Below are positions 32,681 through 45,005 of a DNA stretch of 64,000 bases, one piece after another. The stretch is from NCBI GenBank assembly GCA_028285305.1, contig JANQPV010000037.1:4724-68723 (forward strand), written 5' to 3'. A program made the translations under genes and the position numbers. Positions within the stretch are counted from its first letter, which is position 1, and each line of letters begins with the position of its first letter. Below the pieces are notes generated by a model. It made no database searches. It saw nothing but the letters and a program-made list of their open reading frames with translations, and had not been told where the DNA came from. Source of the stretch: Alphaproteobacteria bacterium. Its GTDB lineage: Bacteria; Pseudomonadota; Alphaproteobacteria; SMXP01.

Positions 32681-32717
32681 AAAAAAAGCCCTCTAAAGCA
32701 AATGTTTAGAGGGCTTT
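32681..32717 (-). terminator. Rho-independent terminator after ftsZ
   Basis: Inverted repeat AAAGCCCTCTAAA-N7-TTTAGAGGGCTTT, followed by a U7 tract on the minus strand. Confidence 0.85.
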
Positions 32718-32733
32718 AACAATAAGGATCGCC

Positions 32734-34497
32734 CTAATTAACTTGCCGGCGCAAAAAAGCAGGAATTTCCAACTGCTCTTCCTCATCCATACTGTCAAAC
32801 AGCTCACGCGACTGCTCAACCTGAACGGGCGCCGGAGGCTGTTCCACCGCTTCTTGTGGCCATGGCCGGGCAGCGGCGCTTGATGCCCCCGAAGGCATCC
32901 CCGCGACGATCGCGGACGAAGAAACCGATGCCCGATTTGCTTGACGCGCAGACTTCACGCCCTGCATCATTCTATCGAAAACCGTTCTTGCCCCTTTCCA
33001 GGAATTTCCATCAGCAGCCTCTGCCTCAGATCCCTCATTTGGAGTCGCTTGGACTTTTGGCTGCTGGACACCTTTTTCTACGGCCGGGTCGGCTTGGTCT
33101 TTCTTTGGATGGGACTCTTGAGACTCCTTCCCGTGGCTCATACTTTCATTGAGCGCGGCGCCACCCTCCTGCTGACCCGCACCCGAGGTATGAACGACTC
33201 CCGCACCCGCGTTAGGAACGGCCGCTTCGGTTTTGGGGAGAGCGGCAGGCTGCGCATGGGGCTGCATCTGTGGTTTTGCAGCGCTTGGAGCAGTGGCGGA
33301 ATTTTGCACTTCAGACCCTACTGAGCTCTGGGGCGCATCCGGCTTGTCCACAGCCGCAGGTTCACTCCCACTTTCCGTTTTCACTTGCGGAGCCAACTGA
33401 CGTTCGATCTGCTCCGTCATTGCGTGAACGGGCGGCTGCGAGGAAGGCTCACTCGGCCGGTTCCTTATCTGGTTCGGCACCGCGGCCCGAACCTCTTCGC
33501 CATTCTGTTCCGTCCACTCATTTTCGCTCTCGTTTACGTCGATGCCGGTCGCGACCACAGACACCCGCATCGCGCCGCTGAGTTCGTCATCATATGTCGA
33601 ACCGACAATTATATTGGCATCGGGATCAACTTCAGAACGGATACGGTTGGCGGCTTCGTCAACTTCGTAGAGTCCGATATCTGCACCGCCTGTAATATTG
33701 ATCAGAACACCGCGCGCGCCCTTCATCGACACATCGTCCAACAACGGATTGCGAATTGCCGCTTCTGCCGCCTCAATAGCCCGCTTTTCGCCGCTTCCCT
33801 CGCCGGTGCCCATCATCGCCTGGCCCATTTCGTTCATCACAGCACGCACGTCGGCGAAATCAAGATTGATAAGTCCCGGCCGCACCATCAAATCGGTGAT
33901 TCCGCGCACACCCGAATGCAAGACTTCGTCTGCCATCGAAAACGCATCGGCAAACGTCGTCGTCTCATTGGCAATACGAAACAAATTCTGGTTCGGAATA
34001 ACCAAAAGCGTGTCAGCGAACTGCTGAAGTTCATCGATACCGGCTTCAGCCACGCGCATCCGCCGGCTGCCTTCGAACTGAAACGGTTTCGTCACAACGC
34101 CTACCGTCAGTATACCTTGTTCCTTGGCCGCCCGCGCAATCACGGGGGCTGCGCCGGTCCCGGTTCCCCCGCCCATGCCGGCGGTGATGAAAACCATGTG
34201 GCTTCCGGACAAATGGTCCATAATTTCGGGGAGCGTCTCCTCGGCTGCGGCACGTCCGATTTCCGGCCGCGAGCCCGCGCCAAGTCCTTCGGTAATGGAC
34301 ACTCCCATTTGAATTCGCCGCTCACAGCTCGATAAAGAAAGAGCCTGAGAATCAGTGTTCGCCACCACAAACTCAACACCGTCCAGATGGGACTGGATCA
34401 TATTATTGACAGCATTGCCGCCTGCCCCGCCAACTCCAAAAACCGTTATCTTTGGCCTCAGCTCCGTTTGTTCGGGCACACTGAGAGAAATTGTCAT
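32734..34497 (-). CDS. ftsZ: Cell division protein FtsZ (long linker)
   Basis: [10 protein letters not shown], tubulin signature GGGTGTG, NLDFADV, C-terminal [10 protein letters not shown]. Confidence 0.99.
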   Translation of the reverse strand: MTISLSVPEQTELRPKITVFGVGGAGGNAVNNMIQSHLDGVEFVVANTDSQALSLSSCERRIQMGVSITEGLGAGSRPEIGRAAAEETLPEIMDHLSGSHMVFITAGMGGGTGTGAAPVIARAAKEQGILTVGVVTKPFQFEGSRRMRVAEAGIDELQQFADTLLVIPNQNLFRIANETTTFADAFSMADEVLHSGVRGITDLMVRPGLINLDFADVRAVMNEMGQAMMGTGEGSGEKRAIEAAEAAIRNPLLDDVSMKGARGVLINITGGADIGLYEVDEAANRIRSEVDPDANIIVGSTYDDELSGAMRVSVVATGIDVNESENEWTEQNGEEVRAAVPNQIRNRPSEPSSQPPVHAMTEQIERQLAPQVKTESGSEPAAVDKPDAPQSSVGSEVQNSATAPSAAKPQMQPHAQPAALPKTEAAVPNAGAGVVHTSGAGQQEGGAALNESMSHGKESQESHPKKDQADPAVEKGVQQPKVQATPNEGSEAEAADGNSWKGARTVFDRMMQGVKSARQANRASVSSSAIVAGMPSGASSAAARPWPQEAVEQPPAPVQVEQSRELFDSMDEEEQLEIPAFLRRQVN

Positions 34498-34563
34498 TTA
34501 GACCTCCTAATTTTTATCCCCTCCAGAGAATATCCTCACCGAACCCGTATTTTATTCTGGTAC

Positions 34564-35874
34564 TCATGACGCAAAACTAAACCATCGTTTCAGACCGGTC
34601 ACCTGGCCCTCCGAGTGTTCGAACCCGGTTTTTTCGTTGGAGCCAATCAAGATGGCTTCGGAAGGAGCGTTAAAGGCGTACTCCAACAATCCGCTCACGA
34701 CCGAAAACGCAGGGCTGGTCATCGTATCCGGTACTCCCGCGAGACGCATAGGCCTCCCTAGGCGGACATTTTTCTCCAGAATCCGTGCCGCAAACTCCCT
34801 TGCTCCATTAAGTTGACTCGCACCTCCAGTCAACACCATTCGCTTGCCAACGATTGAATCCATTCCGCAAATTCTTAAGCGATCGCGCACCAATTCGAAG
34901 ATTTCTTCGAGTCTTGGCCTAATGATGCTGGTTAACAAAGATCTGGGAATTTGGTTGGCGCAGCTTTGCGAGTCTTCCCCAAGCTGAATAACCTCTAGAC
35001 CTTCTTGATGATCCGTGGGGCTCGACAAAGCACTTCCGTAAAGTGTCTTTAAACGTTCGGCCGACGCGATAGAAACGGACAATCCTCGAGCAATATCATT
35101 CGTGATATTTTCCCCGCCATAAGGCACGACTTCGGAATGCAAACAAACGCCCTGGTGGAAAATACTAAAGCTCGTCGTTCCACCGCCCATATCTACACAG
35201 ATGGCGCCCAGTTCAGCTTCGTCTTGAACCATGCAGGCTAAACCACTGGCGTAGGGCGAAACCACAACCCCCGCCAGCTCCAGGTGGCAACGTTCCACGC
35301 AGAGCGCCAGATTTTGAAGCTGAGCCCGAGACGCAGTGACAATGTGCATGTGCACACCGAGCTTTTCACCATGCATCTCTCTCGGATCTCTGATCGCACC
35401 ATGACCATCTATGGTGTAGGCGGAAGGGATCGCGTGAATGACGGTTTCGTTCTCCGGGCTGTGTTGCCGCCTGGCTTCTGAGAGAATATGGGCAACATCG
35501 CTTTCAGTGATGGCCCGGCCGCCGATGGCCATGTGCGCATTGACAAGCGAGCTCGCTGGATTTCCAGCTGAGAGATTGAGAACAACGTCCTTAACGACCG
35601 TGTTCGCAATACGTTCGGCCCCCTCAACAGCAGCACGAATCGCCGTCTCCACGGGAGCCATTTCAACCACGGCCCCTTTTCGAATACCGTTTGAGACCTG
35701 ATGGCCTACACCAACCACGCGGATAGGCGCGCGATTACGCCCACTGGATTTTGTTCCTTTGGCGATAAAACAGGTTACCTTGCTGGTCCCGACATCAAGT
35801 ACAGTGACGGTGCTCTGACGAGAGGCCGCAGCAGATCGGTCTCGATTAGATTTTTTTGGATCGGGCGACCGCAT
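34564..35874 (-). CDS. ftsA: Cell division protein FtsA
   Basis: Motifs LDVGTSKV, DMGGGTT, AERLKT, LTGGASQL; dcw position. Confidence 0.97.
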   Translation of the reverse strand: MRSPDPKKSNRDRSAAASRQSTVTVLDVGTSKVTCFIAKGTKSSGRNRAPIRVVGVGHQVSNGIRKGAVVEMAPVETAIRAAVEGAERIANTVVKDVVLNLSAGNPASSLVNAHMAIGGRAITESDVAHILSEARRQHSPENETVIHAIPSAYTIDGHGAIRDPREMHGEKLGVHMHIVTASRAQLQNLALCVERCHLELAGVVVSPYASGLACMVQDEAELGAICVDMGGGTTSFSIFHQGVCLHSEVVPYGGENITNDIARGLSVSIASAERLKTLYGSALSSPTDHQEGLEVIQLGEDSQSCANQIPRSLLTSIIRPRLEEIFELVRDRLRICGMDSIVGKRMVLTGGASQLNGAREFAARILEKNVRLGRPMRLAGVPDTMTSPAFSVVSGLLEYAFNAPSEAILIGSNEKTGFEHSEGQVTGLKRWFSFAS

Positions 35875-36858
35875 TTACGCTCCCATGCCCCCTTTGACTT
35901 CGGAACGCTGTGGGTTGGAACGAGATCTAAGATACAAACGGTCAGGTTGCCGAAGGTCTATGATCTCAACATCACGAGACAGCAACCGAAACTTGTCCTG
36001 CAATTCCGCCAACAAGCTGAGTGCCACCCCCGGTCTTTCATCTGGTAACAGAACATCAATGCCATTGTCTAAACGCAAGGTCCAACGCCTCTCACCCACT
36101 CGAATCGCAGCGCGCACACGGGGCGCAATCCTTTTGTGCAGACTGAGCAATTCAACGAGTTCGGGGGCAGCTCGCGAGGCCCCTTTTCCAACTACATGCA
36201 GCAAATGTGGGAAGCTGACATGATGATCGTCTGAGATCACTTCCCCATCTCTATCGACCAAAAAGAGCTTTTGATCGATCTGCCAAACCGCGATGGGCTG
36301 TTTCTCCGTAAGCGACACAATAAGCGTATCTGGCCAAAATCGCATGATGGACGCCTCATCAACCCAGTGAAGCGCTTCGACCCGTTGCCTTGCCTTGCCC
36401 AAGTCAAATCGAAGAAAGGACACTGCTCCCTTTACGCCCAAGGCTTGGCTCAAAGCCGCCTTTGATGTGAATTTGCGGCCGGACACCCGAACTTCATCTA
36501 CGGTTACCCCCTGATTCACCAAGAAGTTATCCACGCGCGCCGTTGCTTGGCGTGTCATAAGCCCCAGAGAACCGCTGACGAAGAGCCCAGCCACTACGAG
36601 CACACACAAAAGTCCCACAGTGATCCGCACATGTCGGAGGGACAACTCCCTTATCAAGGCGAGACCACGTCCCACGGACTGCAAACAGAAGCGGGAGAAC
36701 GCAGCAAGTGCGTTGGCGAGAGTAGCCCCAAGGCCGACATTTTTCTTTTTTCGCTTTCGCCGTGCACCTGTCTTTTTCGCTGAGGAAGCCGATATGCGCC
36801 GTTTTGAGCCGGAGGTTTGCTTTCTCTTTTTTTGATTACGCGAGTTCAGCGATTGCAC
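35875..36858 (-). CDS. ftsQ: Cell division protein FtsQ
   Basis: Basic cytoplasmic N-terminus, one TM helix, POTRA domain (WV..A...R.WP), RVGERRW, IDLR; lies between ddl and ftsA. Confidence 0.92.
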   Translation of the reverse strand: MQSLNSRNQKKRKQTSGSKRRISASSAKKTGARRKRKKKNVGLGATLANALAAFSRFCLQSVGRGLALIRELSLRHVRITVGLLCVLVVAGLFVSGSLGLMTRQATARVDNFLVNQGVTVDEVRVSGRKFTSKAALSQALGVKGAVSFLRFDLGKARQRVEALHWVDEASIMRFWPDTLIVSLTEKQPIAVWQIDQKLFLVDRDGEVISDDHHVSFPHLLHVVGKGASRAAPELVELLSLHKRIAPRVRAAIRVGERRWTLRLDNGIDVLLPDERPGVALSLLAELQDKFRLLSRDVEIIDLRQPDRLYLRSRSNPQRSEVKGGMGA

Positions 36859-37775
36859 GATGCGTCCTCAACAATCCACCGGCAGAGCTTTTCGAAACTC
36901 ATGCCGGTATGGGCTGCTTGTTCGGGAATGAGCGATGTGGGTGTCATACCGGGCTGGGTGTTGATTTCCAACGCGATAAGGTTGTTTCTTTCATCATCGT
37001 ACCGAAAATCAGTGCGTGTCACACCACGGCATCCAATAGCCCGGTGGGCATCAAGGGCGCATTGCAGCGCCAGCTCGGTCACGGGGTCGGGAATGTCGGC
37101 GGGAATCACATGTTGAGAACCACCTTCGTCATACTTCGCCTTGTAGTCATAATAGCCCGCCATGGGGAGAATTTCGGTAACAGCCAAAGGCTTATTGTCC
37201 ATCACCGAAACTGTCAGTTCTCTCCCTGGAATATATGTTTCAGCCATAAGATCATCGCCCAATGTCCAGTTGTCTCCGACCACGTCTTCCGGCGGACGAT
37301 TAGCTCCTTCTTCGACAATAAACACGCCAACGCTAGACCCTTGAGCAACCGGCTTCAGCACGTAAGGAGGCTCCATCGGATGGCCGCGCTCCAGCTCTTC
37401 CCGCGCAATCAGTTTATCTTCAGCACACGGCACGCCAACGGACTTCATCATTTCTTTGGCGCGAATCTTATCCATTGCCAATGCGGACGCCATCACTCCA
37501 GAATGGGTATATGGAATCTGTAGGATCTCGAGGAGACCCTGAATGCAACCGTCTTCGCCCCATTGCCCATGCAGGCCATTGAACACAACATCAGGCTTCA
37601 ATTGCACCAGTATTTGAGCAATGTCCTGCCCAACATCGATTTCTGTAACAACGAAGCCCTCATCTCGAAGAGCGCGAGCGCACTCCCGTCCAGTCACAAG
37701 ACTGACTTCCCTTTCTGCGGACCAGCCACCCTTCAAAACTGCCACATGAGGGCCAGCCGCAGTCGTCTCGGTCAT
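36846..37775 (-). CDS. ddl: D-alanine--D-alanine ligase
   Basis: Motifs [40 protein letters not shown]. Confidence 0.98.
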   Translation of the reverse strand: MTETTAAGPHVAVLKGGWSAEREVSLVTGRECARALRDEGFVVTEIDVGQDIAQILVQLKPDVVFNGLHGQWGEDGCIQGLLEILQIPYTHSGVMASALAMDKIRAKEMMKSVGVPCAEDKLIAREELERGHPMEPPYVLKPVAQGSSVGVFIVEEGANRPPEDVVGDNWTLGDDLMAETYIPGRELTVSVMDNKPLAVTEILPMAGYYDYKAKYDEGGSQHVIPADIPDPVTELALQCALDAHRAIGCRGVTRTDFRYDDERNNLIALEINTQPGMTPTSLIPEQAAHTGMSFEKLCRWIVEDASCNR

Positions 37776-38734
37776 GCTGAGCCCCTTTGCATGCGAACGT
37801 GCTCACCTACTCGCCTAATCTCCCATTCAAGCTTGATTCTTGACTGTCTTTCAACCCGTTGCCGCACTCTCTCGCCGAGATTTTCCAGATCAGACGCCTT
37901 GGCATGTCCATGGTTGATCAGAAAATTGCAGTGCTTTTCCGACACCTGAGCATCTCCTTCCCGAAGTCCGCGACATCCCGCTTCATCAATGAGTTGCCAG
38001 GCTTTACGGCCCGTTTGGTCAGAAGGGTTTTTGAATGTGCTCCCCCCTGTCCGCGTACGAATCGGCTGAGAGGTCTCCCGCGAGTGCTTGATCTCATCCA
38101 TCTTCGTTTGAATTTGCTCCACGGACTGAGGATTTCCGCGCAACGTCGCAGAAAGAAAGATGAAATCCGGCGGCGCTTTGCTATAGCGATAGGCAAATCC
38201 CATGTCCTCTGCCGAAAGCGAATAGCGCTTGCCCCTCCTGTCCAAAGCTTGGGCCGAAACAAAGACATCTTTGATTTCAGAGCCATACGCGCCTGCATTC
38301 ATACGCAGGGCGCCCCCAATCGTTCCGGGAACGCCTGACAAGAATTCGAGCCCGCCGATGCCCCATTTCTGCGCCCGGCGCGCGGTGACCGCGTCGAGCA
38401 CCCCAGCCCCCACATGAACTAAGCTATCATCTTCTTTTGAGATGTTATGGAAGCCGCTTCCAAGTCGAACGACAACGCCCCGGATCCCTCCGTCACGCAC
38501 GAGAATGTTCGAGCCAACGCCCAAAACGGTTATCGGGATCTCATCGGGAAGCTGTTGGAGCAAGTTCGCCAAATCGTCCGCATCTTCTGGTACAAACAGT
38601 GCTTCCGCAGGCCCGCCGACCCTAAACCAGGTCAAAGGCGCCAACTCTGCACTCGGAGTAATCTTTCCGCGCAGATCCCTTACATTGCTGAGAGCATCTT
38701 GAACTGTCATATGCGCCCGCGCCGCATCACCCAT
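37772..38734 (-). CDS. murB: UDP-N-acetylenolpyruvoylglucosamine reductase
   Basis: Motifs [51 protein letters not shown]. Confidence 0.98.
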   Translation of the reverse strand: MGDAARAHMTVQDALSNVRDLRGKITPSAELAPLTWFRVGGPAEALFVPEDADDLANLLQQLPDEIPITVLGVGSNILVRDGGIRGVVVRLGSGFHNISKEDDSLVHVGAGVLDAVTARRAQKWGIGGLEFLSGVPGTIGGALRMNAGAYGSEIKDVFVSAQALDRRGKRYSLSAEDMGFAYRYSKAPPDFIFLSATLRGNPQSVEQIQTKMDEIKHSRETSQPIRTRTGGSTFKNPSDQTGRKAWQLIDEAGCRGLREGDAQVSEKHCNFLINHGHAKASDLENLGERVRQRVERQSRIKLEWEIRRVGEHVRMQRGSA

Positions 38735-38737
38735 CGA

Positions 38738-40141
38738 TCACGCCGACGAAAGGTCTTTAGGCAAAGCCTGTGCCCAACTCGTTATGGAGCCTGCACCCAG
38801 ACAAACGACCATGTCTCCCCGCGAAACGAGGTCTCTAATCTGGTTCGCCAACGTGTCCGGTGACTTTAATGGTTCTGCATGTCTATGGCCATTGCGGCGC
38901 AACCCTTCGACCAGCCGGTCTCGGGAAATACCCTCAATCGGAAGCTCACCAGCCGGGTAGATTTCTGATACGATCACGATGTCGGCGTCATTAAAGCACG
39001 TACAAAACTCATCGAATAGATCTCGAACCCGCGAATAACGATGAGGTTGAACCACGGCGACAATTTTGCCCGGCGTCGTTGCTCGCGCCGCTTTCAAAAC
39101 TGCTGATATTTCCGTCGGATGGTGACCGTAATCGTCAATAACAGTCACACCATTCCATTCCCCCGTTTTGGTGAAGCGCCGCTTCACGCCCTTGAATTCC
39201 GACAAGGCACGCCGGACCGTCTCTTCGGGCATTCTCATTTGACCCGCAAGAGCAATCAGCGCCAAAGCGTTGAGCACATTGTGCTCGCCGTGCATGGGCG
39301 ACGTGAGACCCCGGTATGTCGGCGCATCAAATTGAAGGCGCTCCTCGAAAACGACGTCGAACTTGGAGCCGTTTTCGCTAAATTCTAAGTTCTCTGCACG
39401 AACGTCCGCCTGAGGATTGGTTCCGTACGTGATAATGCGCCGGTCATTCACCCGTCCGATCACGGTCTGAAGATCCGGATCGTCTAGGCAGATGATCGCA
39501 AATCCATAAAACGGCACTTGGGACAGAAAGACTTGGAATGCCTCCTTGAGAGCATCGAACGAACCGTAGTGCTCAAGATGCTCCGGATCCAAATTGGTGC
39601 AAATCGCAACCGTTGCAGGCAGTTTCAAAAAAGTTCCGTCAGATTCATCCGCTTCGACCACCATCCACTCACCTTCTCCCATGCGAGCGTTGGACCCGTA
39701 AGCGTTAATAATGCCGCCGTTTATGACGGTCGGATCCATATGAGCTGCATCAAACAAGGATGCGATCATCGACGTCGTCGTTGTCTTTCCGTGCGTGCCC
39801 GCAACCGCCACACACCATTTCAATCGCATGAGCTCCGCCAACATCTCGGCTCTTTTGAGGACGGGCAGCAAGCGTCTTCGCGCTTCGATCAGTTCCGTAT
39901 TGTCCCGCTCGATAGCGGTCGAGATGACGACGGCAGATGCATCACCCAAATTGTCGGGTTGTTGGCCGATTTGAACCGGGATGCCCAGATCGAGTAGGCG
40001 TTGAACGTTAGGCCCCAGCGAAACATCACTACCCTGAACGGCATAGCCGAGATTGTGCATCACTTCCGCAATGCCGCTCATTCCGATCCCGCCTATTCCG
40101 ATAAAATGAATCGTGCCTATGTCGAAAGGGATGGTGGGCAC
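38738..40141 (-). CDS. murC: UDP-N-acetylmuramate--L-alanine ligase
   Basis: Motifs [40 protein letters not shown]. Confidence 0.98.
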   Translation of the reverse strand: MPTIPFDIGTIHFIGIGGIGMSGIAEVMHNLGYAVQGSDVSLGPNVQRLLDLGIPVQIGQQPDNLGDASAVVISTAIERDNTELIEARRRLLPVLKRAEMLAELMRLKWCVAVAGTHGKTTTTSMIASLFDAAHMDPTVINGGIINAYGSNARMGEGEWMVVEADESDGTFLKLPATVAICTNLDPEHLEHYGSFDALKEAFQVFLSQVPFYGFAIICLDDPDLQTVIGRVNDRRIITYGTNPQADVRAENLEFSENGSKFDVVFEERLQFDAPTYRGLTSPMHGEHNVLNALALIALAGQMRMPEETVRRALSEFKGVKRRFTKTGEWNGVTVIDDYGHHPTEISAVLKAARATTPGKIVAVVQPHRYSRVRDLFDEFCTCFNDADIVIVSEIYPAGELPIEGISRDRLVEGLRRNGHRHAEPLKSPDTLANQIRDLVSRGDMVVCLGAGSITSWAQALPKDLSSA

Positions 40142-40143
40142 AC

Positions 40144-41262
40144 TCAGCCGTCCCCGCGCCCGGAAAGCTCCAGCCGCTCCACCAAGTCCGCCAATTCCGT
40201 AACCGCATCGGGTTTACCCAATGCTTTGGATTGGGCCGAAGCCTTCTGAAGACCATCCGGGTCCGACAAAATCTCAGCCAACTTCATCGCGAGGTGGGGC
40301 GCCGTAAAATCGGGCTCAGCCATCAGCCAGCCCCCCCCATGGTCTTCCAGATACTTCGCATTCGCCGCCTGGTCCCCGTCCAAGGCAACACCCAGCGGAA
40401 CCATAATTGCAGGCCGCCCGATCACCATTAATTCACATACGGTCGACGCACCCGACCTCGAGATGATCAGGTGGCTCCCGGCCATTCGCTCAGGGAGATC
40501 CGAAAAAAAGGCTTCAATATCGGAACTTATGCTCATTTCTTCATACTTCTTGCGAACCCGTTCAATATCTTCCGGGCGGCATTGTTGAGTCAACTCAATG
40601 CGTGACCGCAAGTCGAGCGGCAAGGACCGAATGGCATCGGGCACCACATTTGCGAATATCGTGGCACCTTGACTGCCGCCAAAAACGAGGAGCCGAATCG
40701 GCCCCGAGTCCGAAAAGGCCTCATACGGATCATTCCTTCGTTGGATCACCGCGTCTCGGACAGGATTCCCAGTGACTTCCGAGCGTTCCTTATCTCCGGG
40801 TTTCAGCCCCTTGGGTTCAGGAAAGGTCAAAGCAAGCTTCTTCATTGCCGGGGCGATGAGACGATTAGCGCGCCCCATCACCCTGTTTTGCTCGTGTAAA
40901 CACGTCTGTTTGCGCCTCAGGATTGCGGCGAACATGGCCGGCAAGCTTGGATAACCGCCGAAGCCAACAACAACGGAAGGGCGATAACGCCCAATCAGCC
41001 GGTAGGCCTGGATCGTTCCCACAAACAATCGGGCAGCTGCCAGCGCCCGATTGATCAAACCGGACTGCTCTGTGGTCCCCGACAGAGTAGGATGCATCGG
41101 CGCCTCGGGAAAGTTGCGCTCCCAGGCAAGGCCGCGCTTATCCGTAACGACCACTGCCTTCCGGTTTCGTCTCGCCAGTTCCTGCGCCAAAGCCTGGGCG
41201 GGGAACAAGTGCCCTCCGGTGCCGCCGGCCGTAATCATAATCGGGTTATCGGCTTCATTCAT
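40144..41262 (-). CDS. murG: MurG glycosyltransferase
   Basis: Motifs [39 protein letters not shown]. Confidence 0.98.
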   Translation of the reverse strand: MNEADNPIMITAGGTGGHLFPAQALAQELARRNRKAVVVTDKRGLAWERNFPEAPMHPTLSGTTEQSGLINRALAAARLFVGTIQAYRLIGRYRPSVVVGFGGYPSLPAMFAAILRRKQTCLHEQNRVMGRANRLIAPAMKKLALTFPEPKGLKPGDKERSEVTGNPVRDAVIQRRNDPYEAFSDSGPIRLLVFGGSQGATIFANVVPDAIRSLPLDLRSRIELTQQCRPEDIERVRKKYEEMSISSDIEAFFSDLPERMAGSHLIISRSGASTVCELMVIGRPAIMVPLGVALDGDQAANAKYLEDHGGGWLMAEPDFTAPHLAMKLAEILSDPDGLQKASAQSKALGKPDAVTELADLVERLELSGRGDG

Positions 41263-41268
41263 ATTTCG

Positions 41269-42402
41269 TCACCCCACCCAAGACCGCATCTCCATCGAAG
41301 GTCTCTTTCGTGTGAGTGCCAATATCATTCCCATCGTGATTGCTGTTCCGATGAGCGATGAGCCACCATAAGATATGAATGGCAGAGTCATGCCCTTTGC
41401 CGGAAGCATCTGGAGATTAACGCCCATATTGATCAGCGCCTGCGCGCCGAACAGGATGATCAAACCTGACGCTGCCAATTGCACGAACAGGTCATTCTCC
41501 GAAACTGTGCGGAGCAGCCCGCGCATCACCACAAAACAAAACAAAGCAACAAGGAACAAACACGCGATCAAACCGAACTCCTCGCCCGTAACCGCAAAAA
41601 TAAAATCAGTGTGCGCATCAGGGATAAGATACTTGATTGTTCCTTCGCCAGGTCCAACACCGCCGATCCCGCCAGCCTGAAACGCTTTGAGGGCCGTCTC
41701 CACTTGGTATTGGTCACCCACTTCAGGATTGAGATAGCGGTCAATCCGGCTATGGACATGGGGGAAATAGAGATAAGCGCCCACAATACCTGCAATCCCG
41801 ACAAGGCCCAACACGACGATCCAAAGAAAACTCACCCCGCTGAGGAAGAACGTGGCGCTCCACGCAAAAAAGGTGAGCATCGCCTGCCCAAAATCCGGCT
41901 GCAACATGAGCAAACCCAAGACCAGGATCAGCAGACCAGTGGAATACAGATTGCCGTTGAAATCCGGCTGCGTCGCCCGTTTCGCAAACAGCCACGCCAC
42001 AACCACGACAAACGCAGGCTTCACCAACTCAGAGGCTTGCAACGTAAAAGCACCCAGCGCAATCCAGCGTTGGGCGCCCTTCACTTCGCTCCCGATAAAG
42101 AGCGTTAGGACCATGAGGGCAATCCCGCCCACCAAGAGACCTGCTGCAAAAAATCGTATCTGACGCGGCGAAAGAAGGGATACCGTCAACATGATTGCCA
42201 CCGCCGGCAATAAAAATACCAGGCTGCGATAGGCATAGTGCAGCAGCGGCAAGTCGTGCCGCAAAGCCATAGACGGACTCGCCGCCAACGACATGATGGC
42301 ACCCGCCAACACGAGCAGCAAAACCGCGCTCAAACTCCAACGGTCAACGGTCCACCACCATTGCCCAAGGATGGAACGGTCGGTTCGCGTCACACCTAAC
42401 AT
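41269..42402 (-). CDS. ftsW: SEDS peptidoglycan glycosyltransferase FtsW
   Basis: Motifs WWWTVD, GAQRWI, Q.SE..K, QPDFG, PDAHTDFIF, EEFG, LPFISYGGSS. Confidence 0.97.
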   Translation of the reverse strand: MLGVTRTDRSILGQWWWTVDRWSLSAVLLLVLAGAIMSLAASPSMALRHDLPLLHYAYRSLVFLLPAVAIMLTVSLLSPRQIRFFAAGLLVGGIALMVLTLFIGSEVKGAQRWIALGAFTLQASELVKPAFVVVVAWLFAKRATQPDFNGNLYSTGLLILVLGLLMLQPDFGQAMLTFFAWSATFFLSGVSFLWIVVLGLVGIAGIVGAYLYFPHVHSRIDRYLNPEVGDQYQVETALKAFQAGGIGGVGPGEGTIKYLIPDAHTDFIFAVTGEEFGLIACLFLVALFCFVVMRGLLRTVSENDLFVQLAASGLIILFGAQALINMGVNLQMLPAKGMTLPFISYGGSSLIGTAITMGMILALTRKRPSMEMRSWVG

Positions 42403-43868
42403 GACGAAGCCTCCGCCCGCGGAACATCGGAGTGCGACTCATGCTCACTCATGCCTTCTACGAGAGAGCGAAAGTGTTCCCCTCTCTCTTCAAAGTCCCG
42501 ATACAAATCGAACGAAGCGCAAGCCGGTGAGAACAGAACGATGGGTCCGCCTTGTCCGTCGTCTTCTTCATTCGTCATTTTTTGCTTTTCCGCTCTTGCA
42601 TCACGCGCTGCCCCTTCGAGGGCTTGCCGCAAATCGCCGGCGGGAACGACCTCAACTTTGTCTGACAGATAAGCACACAAAGCCGCCTGTGACTCCCCAA
42701 ATACATAAGCCTTCTTTACCCTGTTCGTATGGGGGCTGAGGGCTTCGAAATCATCATCCTTGGCTTTCCCTCCAACGATCCAGAAAATATTCTCAAACGC
42801 GGCCAAGGCATTTGCCGCAGCTTCCGCATTAGTCGCCTTGGAATCATTGATAAACGGAATGTCTTCAATCTCTTTGACCTTCTCCAAGCGATGAGACAAA
42901 CCGCCAAAGCTCAAGATCGCATTGGCCACGTCCATTTGATGATGCATCAACTTGCGTGTGGCGGCATAGGCCGCGGCCGTATTTTGCCAGTTGTGCCGTC
43001 CTGGCAAAGCATCTGCCATGCGTAGGTTAACAAGCTCACTCGTCGGGCGCGTCATCCCGTCATAAAGAATGCCGTCGATCACATAGATCCCGTGACCCAA
43101 CACTTTGCCTACTGAAATCGGGCACACATCTTGTTTGTGTTCCGAAGAAATTCGAGTGCAGATCTCTTGAGAATAACCGTCATCGACCCCAACAACGGCC
43201 AAATCGCCGGCTTCTTGCGCCATAAAGATACGGCTCTTCGCATTCACATATCCTTCCATACCCCCGTGGCGGTCCAAGTGATCCGGCGTAATGTTCAGAA
43301 GAATTGCAACATCTGCGCGCAGGGAAAACGTCAGATCCAATTGATAGGAGGACAATTCGATGACATAGACACTGCGGTCATCCGGTGGAGGTGCCGAAAG
43401 AATCGACTGGCCAATATTGCCGACAACGTGAGCGCTCCGCCCGCACCGCTCGAGGATATGGCCCACAAGCGCCGCCGTCGTGGATTTTCCATTCGTGCCC
43501 GTAATGGCGACGATTTGGGGCTTTTGCTTGTCTTCATCTTGCGAGTTTATCTCCCGCGCGAACAGTTCCACATCGCCAATGATCTCCACATTCGCCGCCC
43601 GAGCGCGTTGCACGATTTTGTGAGGCTCCGGATGCGTAAGCGGCACGCCCGGCGTTAGGACAAGAGCTGAAAACAGGGCCCAATCGGCTGCATACAGATC
43701 ATCAACGGTGAGACCATCTATCTCAGCTTCATTGCGCGACTTTTCGCTGTCGTCCCAGGCGTGAACAATGGCACCTCCCGCCATCAATGCATGTCCGGCG
43801 GCACAGCCCGAACGGCCGAGTCCAAAAACGGCCACATGTTTGCCGGCAAAGACCGTAATGGGAATCAC
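42396..43868 (-). CDS. murD: UDP-MurNAc-L-Ala--D-glutamate ligase
   Basis: Motifs GLGRSG, TGTNGKST, ELSSYQL, DHLDRH, NDSKATN, SPACASFD. Confidence 0.98.
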   Translation of the reverse strand: MIPITVFAGKHVAVFGLGRSGCAAGHALMAGGAIVHAWDDSEKSRNEAEIDGLTVDDLYAADWALFSALVLTPGVPLTHPEPHKIVQRARAANVEIIGDVELFAREINSQDEDKQKPQIVAITGTNGKSTTAALVGHILERCGRSAHVVGNIGQSILSAPPPDDRSVYVIELSSYQLDLTFSLRADVAILLNITPDHLDRHGGMEGYVNAKSRIFMAQEAGDLAVVGVDDGYSQEICTRISSEHKQDVCPISVGKVLGHGIYVIDGILYDGMTRPTSELVNLRMADALPGRHNWQNTAAAYAATRKLMHHQMDVANAILSFGGLSHRLEKVKEIEDIPFINDSKATNAEAAANALAAFENIFWIVGGKAKDDDFEALSPHTNRVKKAYVFGESQAALCAYLSDKVEVVPAGDLRQALEGAARDARAEKQKMTNEEDDGQGGPIVLFSPACASFDLYRDFEERGEHFRSLVEGMSEHESHSDVPRAEASSC

Positions 43869-43869
43869 G

Positions 43870-44976
43870 TTACCTCAACTTCAAAGTGGACAGACCAACC
43901 ATGGCCAAAACCACGGCGATGATCCAAAAACGGATGACAATGGTGGGCTCTTTCCACCCCAACTTTTCGAAGTGATGATGGATGGGCGCCATCCGAAAGA
44001 CGCGCTTGCCTGTGAGTTTGAAGGAGGCCACCTGCATCATGACGGACAGCGCCTCCATAACAAAGATACCGCCAATAATGGCAAGAACGATTTCGTGCTT
44101 GATGGCCACGCTGATCGAGCCCAGCGCCGCGCCGAGGGAAAGCGAGCCTGTATCTCCCATAAAAACCATCGCAGGCGGAGCGTTAAACCACAAGAAACCA
44201 AGTCCGGCACCAAGTAACGCACCACAAAAAACAACCACTTCGCCGGTACCCGGCACATAGATCAGTTGCAGATACTCTGAAAAGTCTGCCCTGCCTATGA
44301 TGTACGTGATGATGCCGAAACATGCAGCCGCAATCATGACCGGAACAATTGCCAAACCGTCCAGCCCATCCGTCAGATTCACGGCATTCGCCGCACCCAC
44401 GATCACAAACATGCCAAATGGCACAAAGAACCAGCCCAAGTTCACGAAGAAGTCTTTAAAGAAAGGAAAAGCGACAGAAGCGGCCGTGCCGCCGGTCGGT
44501 CCTTCCTCTCCTCCGGCTACATACATGATCCCGAGAACCGCGACGACTGCAATCACACCCTCGATTCCTAGCCGCACGCGACTCGAGACCCCCGAACTCG
44601 AAGATTGCGTAACCTTTGCGTAGTCGTCCGCAAATCCGACCAGGCCAAATCCGACCGTGACCATCAATACGATCCAAACATAGGGATTGAATAAGTCGGC
44701 CCACAGAAGAGTTGCGAGACTCACACTAATCAGGATCATCACCCCGCCCATTGTGGGTGTGCCCTTTTTCGTAATCAGATGAGATTCAGGCCCATCTTCG
44801 CGTATAGGCTGCCCCTCCCCCTGCTTGCTCTTGAGCCAATTTATGATGCGGGGCCCAATCAAAAAGCAGATGATGAGAGACGTCATCGTCGCGGCACCGC
44901 CGCGAAATGTCAGATACCGGAAGACATTGAACACCTGCACATCCTCGCTCAATTGAACGAATAGATGATATAGCAT
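43870..44976 (-). CDS. mraY: Phospho-N-acetylmuramoyl-pentapeptide transferase
   Basis: Motifs [40 protein letters not shown]. Confidence 0.99.
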   Translation of the reverse strand: MLYHLFVQLSEDVQVFNVFRYLTFRGGAATMTSLIICFLIGPRIINWLKSKQGEGQPIREDGPESHLITKKGTPTMGGVMILISVSLATLLWADLFNPYVWIVLMVTVGFGLVGFADDYAKVTQSSSSGVSSRVRLGIEGVIAVVAVLGIMYVAGGEEGPTGGTAASVAFPFFKDFFVNLGWFFVPFGMFVIVGAANAVNLTDGLDGLAIVPVMIAAACFGIITYIIGRADFSEYLQLIYVPGTGEVVVFCGALLGAGLGFLWFNAPPAMVFMGDTGSLSLGAALGSISVAIKHEIVLAIIGGIFVMEALSVMMQVASFKLTGKRVFRMAPIHHHFEKLGWKEPTIVIRFWIIAVVLAMVGLSTLKLR

Positions 44977-45005
44977 TTGTTAACCCCTGCTCGTTTTAGC
45001 CCACG

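Noticed and set aside
32800-33520. Long low-complexity Pro/Ala/Gln/Ser/Glu region in FtsZ
   Set aside because: Long disordered C-terminal linkers are normal for alphaproteobacterial FtsZ.
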